This document shows, in pieces, positions 1 to 13,200 of a stretch of DNA of 64,000 nt (positions are counted from its first letter, which is position 1; every line of letters begins with the position of its first letter). Source of the stretch: Hamiltosporidium tvaerminnensis FI-OER-3-3 (taxonomy: Eukaryota > Fungi > Microsporidia); contig JAKIMF020000001.1 in NCBI GenBank assembly GCA_022605425.2, positions 1,860,001 to 1,924,000 on the forward strand, given 5' to 3'. The position numbers and the translations under genes were made by a program. The notes beneath the pieces are model-generated. The model saw nothing but the letters and a program-made list of their open reading frames with translations. It searched no databases and was not told the origin of the DNA.

Positions 1-3000
1 ATGCCATAATTATTATTTCCAAAGAAAAAAATAATGAAATTGTGACAAAAATATTTTCTTTTTTGGATTCGATTCTTCCCACACTTATAAAACTCACGGG
101 AAAGAGTAATAAGGTAATATGTACACGCGCAGAATGTACTTTAATAGAAATGGGTAAGGCCTTGTCACTTACAAGACATATATCCTTGCTTAAAGATTCT
201 TTATCTTCAATTTCTAAAAATATTCGGTTGGGTGTTTATAAATTGTTAGAAAGCAATTATAATAATTTTTATTTGAAAAATAAAAGCATAAACGAAAATT
301 ATTTTAAAGATTTTATTCCATTAATAATGAAAGGAAAATCAGATGTCAATTTTGAAATAAGAGATTTGTGCAAGCGAATGTGTCATTTGATTAAAGAGAG
401 GGAAGATATCATAGTGGAAGATAATGAAGAAACCAAAGCTCCATTTTCTATTGGAAGCAAGCCACGTGTGTATAGGCCACCGCAATTTATTCAAAGAGAA
501 ATCAAATCTGGAATTGAAGAAAAAAATACAAAAAAAGAAATTAAATTACCGAGCAATTATATTAACAGTTATTCGTTTCCACAAAGAAATGCAGGATTTA
601 AAGTGTCTAATGATGTAAACATAATGGATTTTAAAGGATTCAATAACAGAGGGAACAGTACAGTTATTAATAATATTTTTAATTCAAATTCAATGTTTGT
701 CAGTCAGAATTCATGTAAAATAAGAAAAGATGAAAGTTTAAAAAAAACGAATGAAGAAAAAAATTTTAGAGGTGAAAACATAAATAAAAATATTTCTTTG
801 AATGAAAAATGTAAATATGATACAAGAAAACAGTTGTTTGAAGGCAATTTTGCTGTTATGAATAAAAATGTAAAACATGTTATGCCCTATTCCCCGTTCA
901 AAAAGCAGCCTAAAATAGTCACAAAAAGAGAAAATAATTTCCAGAATTTTGAATTTAAGAAAAAAGAAACAGTTGAACACGCTGAGATAGATTCAAAACC
1001 ATTTAACAACTTTTCAAATCATCTTTCTTTGATTAAATCAGAAAAAAATGTTTCAAATGAAAATAAACAAGTTGCTGTATCAGAATTAAGTTTTAAAAAC
1101 TATGAATCGGGTGTTGATCGTCAACAAAGTATTCATAGTTTTAGTAATACAAATGATTCTCAAAAAGAAGAGAAACTTTCGAAAGTCGAAAAAAAATCAG
1201 ATAAAAATATTTTTAATAAATTTATTTCTGATAATGCGCTGAATAAAGAAACGGAAGGCAATGATTCATTTACAGAAATGAAATCATTTAAACTTAAAAA
1301 TTATTTAGAAGATTTTGAAAATGATACTGATGACAAAAAATTAAATGATTCTATTTATGAAAAATTTGGAATAAAAGTGGATTTTCAAAAGAATCCGGAA
1401 GCTTCTGATTCTTTTATTAACGAAGAAGAAATAAAAATTAAACCGCCTGTTGAAAAACGTGATGAATCATATAAAAGTAAAACGGCTACAGCCTTACCTT
1501 TAGAAGGTTTGAAATTTGATAAAGAACTTGCTTTTGTTGAAACAGATTCTAATAATTCAAAACCAGATTTGAATGTTCCTAAAGCTAATGCCATTATTGA
1601 AGTTTTTAACTATGATAATGAAAAAAATAGTTCTTCTGTTAGCATTGGAATTTCTCATACAAACAGAAACATTTCATCAATCTCGTTTCCTCGCAGTGCT
1701 TTTGTAGAATCTAATAATTATTTTGAGGATGAGTTAAAAATTGAGCGGATTAAAGATCATGAGAATATCTTAGAGTCTAGTAAGAGTTTAGGTACGAATA
1801 ATTTCTATGAAGACAATCAACAGACGGATCCCAATAAAGAATATGAAGCGAATAAAAATCAGGATTCAAATTTAAAAAATAATAATGATTTCCATCTTGA
1901 AGATGCGCAATTTAATGCAGAGCCATTTGAAGCAAAGCATTTAATATATAAAAAAAATTCGGTTGAAAAGTCGGAAAATACAAACATGAATTCTATTGTT
2001 GCAGATCAGGAAGATAAAAATTTTGAATCGATTTGTTCGCCAAAAAATAAGCACGAAGAAATTAATCATGATAAAGATATAAATGAAGAAGTTTTAAAAG
2101 TCGAGCAATTTAATGAGGAAAAGCAAAAAAGTTTTTTAGAAAACGAAATTGTTTTGTCATCAAAAATGGGGCGAATGTCTTTGGATAAAAATGAGAGAAT
2201 TCTTATTGAAGACGAAACAGATTTGATAGATAATTTTAATGAAAATGACACGGGATTTGAAAATGATAAATCCGGAAGGCCTAGTATTGCTTCGCGCCTT
2301 TCAAATGAGAAAAGACCTGAAGAAGAACAATATTTCGAAAGAAATGATTCGACCGATCGTGATTTAGATTCAGATCAAAAAAATAGTGTTGATCACGAAA
2401 ACTTGGATTCTATGAAAATTGTAGAAAAAACGGAAGAAATTGATGTAGAAAATATCATTTTGGTTCCAGAAAACAATATTATAGTAAATAATAAAAATAC
2501 TGATGTTTCCTTGGATTTTTCGTTTAAAGAAAGTTCACTCGGTAGTATAAATTTAGGAGACAATGACTTACCGAGTCAGAATTGTTTTTTAGCATATTCT
2601 AATAAAAACGAGGAAATGAACGATTCTACTTCGAAAGAAGATTCTGATGGATGGGAATGCACAGAATATTGCTTAGAAGATAAAAAAGAGGACAGTGAAA
2701 ACAACGAAATATCAAATACAGGAAAATTAGATAGAAATTTTAATACCGAGAATTCAGTGTTAGAAGCCAAAAGTAATATTTCAGAAGAAAAACAAATCAA
2801 AGATTGTACATCAAAAAGTAAGAATAAATATTCGGCTTTTGCGTTTATCGACAATATTTTTTCAGTGGATTCCAAAGAAACAATCATTAAAGAGAATAAA
2901 GAAACTACAAAAGATTCTATTTTATTAGAAGATTGTTTATTTGAAAATAATAATTTTGTAAATGAAAAACCTTCTTTACAAAATATAAGTATTATATCTG

Positions 3001-3272
3001 AAGGTATGAAGCAAAACGAGAAAACAGTTATTTCAAGAGATAATACTTCCCTATCGGATGAACCAATAAATGTGGGTTTGGAAAAGACACAGGATGCTGA
3101 AATTAGTGATGATGATTGTCTAACTGATGATCCTAAACAAATTTCTTCTTCTAATCGAACAAGCAATGAGTCGTTTAATTCAAACGATTTTACAAAATTG
3201 GATTCACAAATATATGCAAATAAAAATGCATTTACAAAGAAAAAAGAAGAAGATGAAATTAATGAAGAGTAA
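1..3272 (+). CDS. CLASP/Stu1-like protein (N-terminal HEAT/TOG CLASP_N region, long N/E/K/S-rich tail), copy 1, 5' end outside window
   Basis: Base 1 aligns to 26697 of copy 2, so the frame is open before the listed GTG at 42. LPTLIKLTGKSNKVICTRAECTL resembles CLASP_N HEAT repeats. AATAAA shortly after the stop. Confidence 0.7.
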   Translation, partial: AIIIISKEKNNEIVTKIFSFLDSILPTLIKLTGKSNKVICTRAECTLIEMGKALSLTRHISLLKDSLSSISKNIRLGVYKLLESNYNNFYLKNKSINENYFKDFIPLIMKGKSDVNFEIRDLCKRMCHLIKEREDIIVEDNEETKAPFSIGSKPRVYRPPQFIQREIKSGIEEKNTKKEIKLPSNYINSYSFPQRNAGFKVSNDVNIMDFKGFNNRGNSTVINNIFNSNSMFVSQNSCKIRKDESLKKTNEEKNFRGENINKNISLNEKCKYDTRKQLFEGNFAVMNKNVKHVMPYSPFKKQPKIVTKRENNFQNFEFKKKETVEHAEIDSKPFNNFSNHLSLIKSEKNVSNENKQVAVSELSFKNYESGVDRQQSIHSFSNTNDSQKEEKLSKVEKKSDKNIFNKFISDNALNKETEGNDSFTEMKSFKLKNYLEDFENDTDDKKLNDSIYEKFGIKVDFQKNPEASDSFINEEEIKIKPPVEKRDESYKSKTATALPLEGLKFDKELAFVETDSNNSKPDLNVPKANAIIEVFNYDNEKNSSSVSIGISHTNRNISSISFPRSAFVESNNYFEDELKIERIKDHENILESSKSLGTNNFYEDNQQTDPNKEYEANKNQDSNLKNNNDFHLEDAQFNAEPFEAKHLIYKKNSVEKSENTNMNSIVADQEDKNFESICSPKNKHEEINHDKDINEEVLKVEQFNEEKQKSFLENEIVLSSKMGRMSLDKNERILIEDETDLIDNFNENDTGFENDKSGRPSIASRLSNEKRPEEEQYFERNDSTDRDLDSDQKNSVDHENLDSMKIVEKTEEIDVENIILVPENNIIVNNKNTDVSLDFSFKESSLGSINLGDNDLPSQNCFLAYSNKNEEMNDSTSKEDSDGWECTEYCLEDKKEDSENNEISNTGKLDRNFNTENSVLEAKSNISEEKQIKDCTSKSKNKYSAFAFIDNIFSVDSKETIIKENKETTKDSILLEDCLFENNNFVNEKPSLQNISIISEGMKQNEKTVISRDNTSLSDEPINVGLEKTQDAEISDDDCLTDDPKQISSSNRTSNESFNSNDFTKLDSQIYANKNAFTKKKEEDEINEE

Positions 3273-4633
3273 CTCTTTATAGTGGTTTTAATAAATATTT
3301 TATAGTTATTTTGTTTATTGTTAGTACTTCATTTTCAGATAAAATTGATTTGTTTAAGTAAAAAATTTAATGACTATTTTTGAAGGAATATGTTTAAAGA
3401 ATTTCTATCTTAAAAAAATTAATTAATTTTTTTTATTTCTTAATATTTTTAATTTATCACAGAAACTAATTTATTAATTAAGTAAAAACTGTTTCGTGCA
3501 ATCAAAGCACAATCTTATCTCGATTATATTATTTTTTTAATATTTTATTAGTTAATTGATAATAAAATATATTACAATAGGCAAAAAAGTGAAATATAAA
3601 TCCGAGCAATAAACTTGGATTTCTTTGTTTCTTCTATAAATATATTTTGATTTATAAAGTCAAATTACACTATTTGAAGCAATAAAAACGATTATTAAAC
3701 AATGCGCAACATTTCAAAAAAAAATGTCGCGATATGATTTGAATAGACGTGAAAAAAATTATTTTGTCTTCAAACTCTTTTTTAAATATTTGAAATCTAT
3801 CAATTGATCAACATCAGTACTTTACACTTGATCCAGAAGTTCTTCTAATATTAATTTCTTTATAAAATTATTCAGATATGTTTTTTATTAGTTTAGACTA
3901 AAACCCCGGGTGATATTTCATTTTATATTAAATCTAGTTTGGGCCTATTTCAGAAAATCAATCTCCTGGTTTCTACAGATACTATTTTTTTTGCCTATTT
4001 CTAACATTTGTTAGATGTAGGGAAACTATCGCAGTATAAAGGTGTGTTTTGGAGTCAGTCAATAATTTCAGAAAACTAAAAATCATTCATCTTTGTATAA
4101 CTTTGCTTTTTTTAATATAAAACATATAAAAGTTGGAAATAATTTTATCTAATTTACAACCAATTAAACCGAAAAGTGTGGTATGCATTGTATTTTTACT
4201 GACATGTTATGCAATAAAACTCGAAGTTCCTTCGCTATTTCTTTTCAATTATCTTGATTTAGGTTTTCGGTTTCTATTCAATTACACCGAGATCGCTGAA
4301 ATTATATTAAATTACATACCGTTTTTTTCTAAAAGATTCGAATCATATATAAAAAAATATTTAGTGAGCTATTTATATAGATGTTATTATGCTAAGCATC
4401 GATTTGAGGAGCAATAACTAAGCATAACTTTCTTTAATCCAAAGAGTTTGCAAAAAAAACAATATATTAAAAAATATAACTAAACGATTTAACGATAATA
4501 AAATATAAACGATTTTTTTGAACTTTTTATTTATTCTATGTATTTCTCATAAATTTAACAATCCAATCGTCTCTTCGATAGAACTTTATTTGCTAACAGG
4601 GACATTTTTTGCGGGGTTGTCCAGCCCCAACAC

Positions 4634-4990
4634 TTATATATTAAGCTCAGATTCTTCATTATGTTCTAAAATAATTTTATAATAAGAACATTTTTCTGGA
4701 TATTTAAACATTTCAATATATACATCGATGTTTAAAAGCCAATACCACTCAAATGCATTCATTGGCATTTTCTTTGTATCTATAAAGATGTATTGTAATA
4801 TTGAAACCAAAGCATTTATAACCAAAAATACTTCTACAATATATAAGTTAATATGGAAGGAACTATGGAAGTAATATATCACCTGATTACAAGATGATCT
4901 CATTGTTATAAAGTGAAGATGTGAGTCATAATATATTTCTAGGATGGCTTGAACGAGTATGAAGAAGAGGATGACAGATAATGTTTTCAT
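4634..4990 (-). CDS. 118-aa putative secreted/membrane small protein, copy B1
   Basis: First ATG at 4990 (track starts at upstream TTG). MKTLSVILFFILVQA is signal-peptide-like, with a second hydrophobic stretch. ORF open in 7 of 8 copies. Confidence 0.45.
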   Translation of the reverse strand: MKTLSVILFFILVQAILEIYYDSHLHFITMRSSCNQVIYYFHSSFHINLYIVEVFLVINALVSILQYIFIDTKKMPMNAFEWYWLLNIDVYIEMFKYPEKCSYYKIILEHNEESELNI

Positions 4991-7582
4991 AAACAAACAA
5001 TTGAATTCATTCTTTTATAATAAAAATTGTAAACAAGTTTCATATTTCCTTATCAAATAAACAAATGAAAAAATCAGATTTTAGAAAAATTAAACTAAGA
5101 AAATTTTGATTAGTTATTTGAAATAATATCTGAATTAATAGTAAATTAGTGTACAAAAAAAGTAAAAAAATATATTCTGATACGTAGGTTATACACAGAA
5201 TATTATTTAGAATGGTAAAAATATTAAAAATAAGAATTAGAATTTAAATAAAATATGTTAATAAAACAAGTTTGAAAACTTCATATAAATATTTAGTTCG
5301 TCTTTTGGATTGGAACAAATTGAATTATATTTTTATTAAGGATATCTATTCAAAATTAAAACAAGTAGTAAAAAATTCCACTTAATATTTTTTTATTGCA
5401 TAGAGGTATCTAAAGAAAATTCGTTCAAATTGCAATATTTTGGCTATTCATAATCTTGTTTCATTCTTTCTTTATATATAATTCATTCGGTAAATTTAAA
5501 TGTCATTGTTTCAATTTCGATCAGCTTCTTTACATGTTTAAGTCTAATGATTTTTGCTTTTATTTCTTTAACCTCTTTTCTTAGAGGTGGGTATGTGCGA
5601 TTGTATTTGTAAAGAATAATGGACTGGTTTGCTGACACTTGTTTCTGTGATCGTGTAAGAAACTAATTTTAAATATGATAAAATTAGCATAATAGATTAA
5701 AATTTTTTTTAATACTTTTTATTAATTTATTTGGACGCTCTTTCAGATAAACACTATTTTTCGTTCTTTCTTCTGGCGTGTATGCGGAATGATCGGAAGA
5801 TTGACTCACTCTTGAAATGACCTACAAAGTTTTTCATATGCGAATGCAGGGTTATAGCGATCTATTCTACGCAATTGCAGCGTTCGACATCATTATTTGC
5901 CTACTACTTTATTAAGATGAGTCGCAGATAAGGTTTTAAAAGGTTTAATTCTAATGAAATATATGTTGAAAAATGTAAATGCGGCTACTTTACATCTTAT
6001 CTTTTTATTTCTTATATCATACTGTAACTTTCATGCTATTCTTGATAAGTTTTTTTTACCGAAAGTCTTGTATCGGTATAAAGAACAGATAAATTAAATT
6101 ATGGAAGAAGAATGATAGGCGCTTCGCTTTTGTATTGTAAAACATGTGAATAATACCCAAAAAATCAGTGAATTAAGAATATGTAGAATCTAAACAAAGT
6201 CTTCTTTATTTATAATTTTATCGATAAACTTATATGTTGTAATTTCGCCTGGTCTTCTAATTTGCAGTTTTAAATTTAATTCATTTAAATGTTCGTTGTT
6301 AGTGGTTAATATAGCACGTGTACGGATCCACTGATGATTTAAACTTTATCGTGATATCTCGAAGAATGTTTTGATTCATTGATCTTGAGTTGATGTCATC
6401 TTATAATAGTTTTCTGGAAATGTAATTTATTGTGTAAATCCGTAAAATATTACTTCGAATTCTCTATATCTATTATTTTTTTTTAAAAAAGTGCAGCAAA
6501 TGTATGCATTTTGTTTTCTAACACGTAAGTTAGTTTTTTTAATTAATTTCTTTGCATTTCTCTTTAATATTGATGATTTTAGACATGCGTTTGGTTCATC
6601 GTTCAGTGTGAAACAAAGACTAACTGATAGAGTTTGATGAAAATCACTAGACGGTAAAATTAGCACTCTCAAGAAAGCCTGTAAATTCGCTCTCAAATTT
6701 TTTAGTGTACGATAAAGGGCTTCCAGTCCCTTTTTGTGTGTCTCTTTGTAGTATTCTACTATCTAATTATAGGTTATTGAATTCCCTTATAAATATAAAA
6801 TTATATTTTATTAAAACCTCAATGATGGAAGAAAGGAAAACCTGAAGTGGAATAATAATTCAAATAAATCTTTTGTTGATCAAAAAAAATCTTTAGTTAC
6901 ACGGGTTAACAAACCCTTCTATTCAAATGATAGAGCCTGCCTCTATCAAAGATACCTTTTACTGGGTGCCTCGAGAGAGGTTACGACATCCTCATACATT
7001 CATTTCATTAATCAGTTCGTATTTAGTGACTTTTCCCATTCCGGAATATAAGTGATATTCCACATTGTTCTCTCATTGGTTTGCAAATACAATTGTAACG
7101 TTAAAAATGAATGTTTCGCATGACCATCCTAAAAATGTTGCCCGATTTTATAAAAAATTCGATAAAAAGAGCAAGAATGAATATAAAAAACAAATAGGAC
7201 ACTTTTAACCCTATTATATTTAACAAAACCCATTTAAGATATGACACGTTCTAATAACAATTTTTAACTTACTATACCATCTTTAACAACCTGCTAACCT
7301 AAATATTCATTTAATACCATACTTTAACTGTAGTACTCTCTGAATTTTAACTCCTTAAATTCACCACACTGTTTTAACATCGTTTAATAAAAATCTCATA
7401 ATAAAATCTTTTAGTTATAGGGTTTTTTGATCAATATAATAATCCTTGCAATTCATATAATAATTTTTCGATCAATATCATAATTGTTGAAGTCAATATC
7501 ATAATCCTTGCAATCAATATAATAATTATTTTTAAAAAATAAAAATTTAAAAAATAAAATTATAAATAGTACTTGAGAATTA

Positions 7583-8762
7583 TTATTTAAGAATCACTTG
7601 CCCTACTTCAGCCTTTTGCAAATACTCTAACATTTTACGGTAAAAAGAACTACAATGTTCTCCCGTGATTTCATTAAATTTTTCATAAATTAATATTCTT
7701 AACTGAGGCTCAGTACGAGCACCACCTCGAATTACTTTATTTTTCCAGACTAAGAATACATTCTCAATTGGATTAAGAAATGGAGAGTAAGGTGGAAGAT
7801 ATTTTATTCGATACGAAGCAATTTCCTCATCATCATTCAATCCACGATAGTGATGAATTCTCGCATTGTCCATTACAAATATTGGAGTCAAAATTCCTTG
7901 CCTTTGACAACTTTCATTAATCTCCTTAATAAATAATTTGAAATCCTCACCATTTACGGCCCTCTCATGAATCTTATGGTATATCATACCATATTTGTTC
8001 ATTGCTGCGACTCTGAAATATTTTTACTTCAGGCTGCAGCCACAAAAAAATGTGTAGATTCATCTCTCATATTAGGGTCTCTACTGGGGCGTATTACTAC
8101 CGCAACCCCAACTTCGTCTAAAAAGACAAGGTTTTTGTCATCGTTATTAACCTCAAATTCTCGAAAACTAGTTGCGCAATTTGTTCTGAGCTCGTTTTCA
8201 ATGGTAACTTTCTACGCTCAGGCACTAATGTTATACGCTTTAGAGTGTAATGATACTCTCTTGGTGCGCGATCAATATATTAGTTGACACATCAACATTA
8301 AAAGTGCATTTGATCTATTCTGCCGGCTCATACAGGGTTTCTGTGCACTCCAAGCTAACATAGGTTTGTAAGCTCTCTTTTATTTCCAGAGTTAACTTTG
8401 AACGCCTATCACCACCATCTCTTTTCTCGACAAATACCAGGCCGGTTTTTAAATATCGTTTAACGATACTATTAACCGTCTGTTAATTTATTTGATACAT
8501 CGAGGCAATTGCAGACATAGAATGGCCTTCCATTGTCTTTTCAATTATGCATTCCCGATCATTATTAGAAACTTTTTGTTTCCTCAGAGCTGGAATGGTG
8601 GTTGTTGAGGGATTTTCATCATGTGATCTCGATGTTTCTACAAGACACTTCAAAACACTTCAAAACATTGTCATTTTCGCAATCTATACATTCCGGTGTT
8701 TCACCGACATGAAAATCATATTTGTTCTCGTTGGTATTTTTACCTGAAAAAGCATTTGACAT
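7583..8762 (-). pseudogene. DD34E transposase pseudogene
   Basis: ATG 8762 directly preceded by CCC. HTH-like N-terminal part broken by a 10-bp duplication (acacttcaaa x2) and stops. Only 7583-8002 remains open. Confidence 0.85.
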
Positions 8763-8825
8763 GGGAGTTAATTTTATAATGAATAAATTATTTTTTAAAT
8801 TTTTATTTTTTAAAAAAAATTATTC

Positions 8826-9035
8826 TATGGATTGCAAGGATTATGATATTGATTGCAACAATTATGATATTGATCGAAAATTTATTATATTGATTGCAAC
8901 AATTATGATATTGATCGAAAATTTATTATATTGATTGCAACAATTATGATATTGATCGAAAATTTATTATATTGATTGCAATGATTATGATATTGATCGA
9001 AAAATTATGATATTGATTGCAGGATTATTATATTC
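8826..9035. repeat. Subterminal ~21-bp tandem repeats of the Tc1-like element (inverted, shorter array at ~7430-7525)
   Basis: Alternating ATTATGATATTGATCGAAAAT and TTATTATATTGATTGCAACA-type units. Confidence 0.85.
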
Positions 9036-9931
9036 ATTGAAAAGCCTTATAATATACCTTGATATAAAAGAGGTATAAAAGAACAAGCGAAAATGTGTAG
9101 TAAATATGCGATATCATTTCGTTGTTATCATATAAAATTACAGGAATAACGAGTTGCTTTTTTTATCTCATAAGTCACAAACAAGTTACCTTCGCAAGAG
9201 ATTTGAAGAACCTCAATCAATTTCTTATGAATATAACATCCAAAAATTCTCTTATATTCTTTCATTATAATTAATTTCCAAACAATAAATTCTAGCGTTG
9301 TCTCGGTGTTTATATTTTTTCTAAGTACTTAAAAATATTCTTAACTTCACGCACTTGATTTTTTTTTAAAAATTTTTTTTGTAGTTTTAGTTGTTTGTAT
9401 TTGTTCTATACAAAAAGTGATTTTTTTTATACAACTAACCTTCTGGATTTATATTTGTTCTCTAAATACCAATAAAAACGTTAAAATATTAAGAGAAATT
9501 AAATCTAATTTTTTATTTGTTAATCATTAATATTTAACACAGGCTTCGCCATTTCGTTTCAAGAAACCAAATATTTATAAATTATGTTTTTACTAAAAAA
9601 AATTAGAAAACGTCTATATAGCATACAATCTCAGATCTTAGTATTTATATTTAAGATTTATATAGGAACCTATGCACCGTATAATCCTAATGCACAAATC
9701 ACATAGATAAACTCAAAAACAATACCCAAATAAAAAGCTCTTATTATCAAAACTTATAAGCGTAAATTTTAAAAGTATTTTAGAAAAAAAATATAAAATA
9801 TAAACGATTCTTTTGAACTTTTTATTTATTCTATGAATTACTCATTAATGAAACAATAATCAACGTGTTTCTTTCATAGAACTTTATTTGCTAACAGGGA
9901 CAGTTTTTACGGGGTTATCCAGCCCCAACAC

Positions 9932-10288
9932 TTATATATTAAGCTCAGATTCTTCATTATGTTCTAAAATAGTTTTATAATAAAGATATTTTTCTGGATA
10001 TTTAAACATTTCAATATATACTTCGATGATTAAAACCCAATATTGCTCAAATGCATTGATTGGTATTTTCTTTGTATCTATAAATAAGTATTGTAATATT
10101 GAAACCAAAGCATTTATAATCAAAAATACTTCTACAATATATAATGTAATATGGAAGGAACTATGGAAGTAATATATCACCTGATTACAAGATGATCTCA
10201 TTGTTATAAAGTGAAGATGTGAGTCATAATATATTTCTAAGATGGCTTGAGCGAGTATGAAGAAGAGGATGACAGATAATGTTTTCAT
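9932..10288 (-). CDS. 118-aa small protein family, copy B2 (left arm of cassette 1)
   Basis: Same length and stop position as the other copies. Confidence 0.45.
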   Translation of the reverse strand: MKTLSVILFFILAQAILEIYYDSHLHFITMRSSCNQVIYYFHSSFHITLYIVEVFLIINALVSILQYLFIDTKKIPINAFEQYWVLIIEVYIEMFKYPEKYLYYKTILEHNEESELNI

Positions 10289-13200
10289 AAACAAACAATG
10301 GAATTCATTCTTTTATAATAAAAATTGTAAACAAGTTTCATGTTTTCTTATCAAATAAACAAATACAAAAATCGGATTTTAGAAAAATTAAACAAAGAAT
10401 ATTTGATTTTTTTAAATAAATAATATCTGAATTGATTATTTAAGAATTTAATATTACTTTTGAGTAATTCTAATTAAAATAATTAATTCAAGAAATGGCT
10501 TTTCTTAACCAATAATTTAATAGCAGAATTATGCTAGCTTATATTTTTAGATAAATATTTTAGTTTGAACAACTAATTTCAGCGCTAAAAATGTTTACTT
10601 TAATGGTAAAAAGCGGAGAGTATAAAAGGCTTGAAATAAAAAAATTTGTGCTGTAAAAAGGGATAATATTTCATTTAATTTTTTGGAATTCGAAGCATAT
10701 TTTATTTTTTTAAGAAATTAAAAAGGACTGATAATCAAATTTTACTAAATGCTTAAGGGAATTCAAAATATACTAAGAAGCCGAATGAAAATGAATTGCT
10801 TTAAGAAATAGAAAATGCGATATATTAAGCTGCTTGAATTATTTGCTTAAAGGATAATTTATCGATTTAATCCTTAATTTATTAGATAAATCATATTAGA
10901 TTAGGAATTAATATTTCCATTGAAATTTAGAACGTTATTTAAAAAAGAATGGATAGTGAATTTTTAAGGCTGTTAGCTTTTTTTGTAAGTGTTTCTTATG
11001 TAGCTCTCGAGGTAAAAACTAGACAGAATATATGAAAATGATATTCCATGCCTATATGAATATCTCATTACAAAGCCTCGCCTTTAATTTGATGAACTTG
11101 AATTCATTTAGAAATAGATTTTCAATAACTGCATATTTAATTATTTTTTTCAAAACGAAAATTTAAATACTAATAAAAAATAATACATTTTGTGTAAAAC
11201 CAATATCTTTTAGAAAATGTATAAATTTAAATATACCCATAAATAATTGACAACGTGTGCCCGATACTAGACTATAGCTTATTGGAAGAAGTTAAAGCGA
11301 AGATTAATTAAAAGTTTAGATATAAAATAAGCGTAAATTAAATGCAAAAAATATTTTAACCTTTTTAGATTATTAAGTTCTTCGATTTATCTATATAATA
11401 AAAGAGAATCATTCAAACTAGTATTTAACTTGGTTTGTTCTGTATCGAAATGAAATATGATACACATTCACCGGAATGGTGGTTTCATCCTTCTGCCTGA
11501 TATGAATTGCAAGAAACTGGCTATGCTGTCTTACAAACGAACATCGCCTTAAAAATTATTAGTATCAGGATCAATAAAAAAATATAAAGCGAATAGGAGG
11601 AATTCGGAATGTAAAATAATCATAATATTTTTTTTTGATAAATGAGAAGCAAATCCAAATACATTTCGGATAAAAACATAAGTTTAAATGAAAAGTTAAA
11701 AATATAAATTACAAAACGTATCTGACGAAATAAAAAAATTATTAATAACAGCCAAGCTCAAAAGATTCAAATTATGAACCTTTTTTTAGTGATTTCTAAT
11801 GATTTAAGAAATGAAATATATGGCCACTCCAACAAACCTTTGTGAATTATATCAAGATATAAAACTATTAGCGATTGATGAAGGAAATTTCAAATTAGCG
11901 AGCTCTAAAATTAGTAGGATTTTAGACTACACGCAAAAAGAACTAAATGATACAATAATATTAGGCTTTACAACGTAGGATTCGATCAACGCCTCTGGTT
12001 TCGCTAAAACAATATATTTTATTCTTTTAAACAAATTAGGAATTTTAAATTTAAATAAAGTGAAAAAACAAGAGTAACACCAGGATTAAAAAATTTCCAA
12101 AAATTAGAACGATAGAGCCGATATATTTATTTCAGATTAGCATGTAAACATGAGAACAATGTCAGCTACAATCAGTTTCAAAGACTTATTTTAAAAGTTT
12201 GAATAGTAAACCTAAGATGCAGCTTTTTAAATCAATTTGGATTATTTATAGGTATGATTTTAGCATAATTAATTGTTTTATAACGTAATACTATGTTGTT
12301 TAAAAATAGCAAAGCTTTATTCTAAATATTTAAGTAATAATATAATCATATATATTTGGTAAGTAAAAGTTGAGAGAAAATAACCACATAAAAAACCATC
12401 TGCCTGGTAATGAGTATGTGAAATAGGTGTGAAGATTATTGTTTGGATTTTGTGGAAATAAAACTACACTACATTTTCGGTTGTTCCATTAGAGTTTGGA
12501 TGAGGAGGGAAAGGTCTACGAAATGGCGAAACTTTTTCTTAAAATTTATTTGCATTTTTTTACTTAACTAAATCCAAGGCTGTGGCTGAACGTGTGGGTA
12601 ATTTCCATGTAAAATCTTGTAAACCTAGCCTTGCTCATTCGGGTTAGAAGAATTTGCGCCTGGAAGATATAAAAACAAAACCCTTTAAAGCCGAAAAAGC
12701 TTAGTTGTCAGTTATACCTGTTGTTATGACATTGCACTACCTAAGTGGACCTCATGCAAATCGGCAAGATATATCTTAGCTAGAAGTCAATTGGATCCGG
12801 GAAATGTACAGTAAATTGGAATGCTGCATGGTCTCAGAGGTGTGAATGGGTTTCGACGTACGATAAAACACCATGCAACGAACATTAAAGAACTTTGGGC
12901 AACAGCCATCTTATTTTTTGGGTTTTACGCACCTTTTAGATTAAATGCTTTGAAATTTAGGTATCTTAGGGGGTACTGATAGATTTATGAGGGATCAGTT
13001 ATATATTTTAAATTTAGAACTGCGTTAATGTCATGAAAACAATATAAATCTTGCCTTCTTTTTTTTTTAAAAGCATGATATTTTTAAAGAAAATTGGTAG
13101 GTTATCTGAAATAAAAAATCAAAATATTTTTAAAAATATTACAATAGAGAGATTTAAAACCAAAATTTGTTATAGGATAGGAAAAAAACATACACCAATT

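Larger units (their letters stand above)
7418..9049 (-). mobile_element. IS630-Tc1-mariner DNA transposon (DD34E), decayed, copy 1
   Basis: TA duplication at 7416-7417 and 9050-9051, defined by the empty sites at 34112 and 48074. Imperfect TIRs (TAGGGTTTTTTGATCAATATAATAATCC / TAAGGCTTTTCAATGAATATAATAATCC). Motifs FLDEVG, VMDNARIH and LPPYSPFLNPIE, with 34 residues between D and E. Confidence 0.92.

Noticed and set aside
424-3166. Short ORFs overlapping the CLASP-like gene (and equivalents at 27120-29862)
   Set aside because: Antisense or off-frame shadows of an E/K/N-rich gene, with S/F/L-rich composition.
4133-4417. 94-aa ORF downstream of CLASP copy 1
   Set aside because: TTG start, and the paralogous sequence near 30830-31110 contains stops.
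7967-8934. Plus-strand ORFs of 106, 66 and 70 aa (and 38329-39286)
   Set aside because: Antisense to the transposase or translated subterminal repeats.
8826-9035. CRISPR-like repeat array
   Set aside because: No unique spacers, eukaryotic context, and the repeats are subterminal parts of a Tc1-like element.
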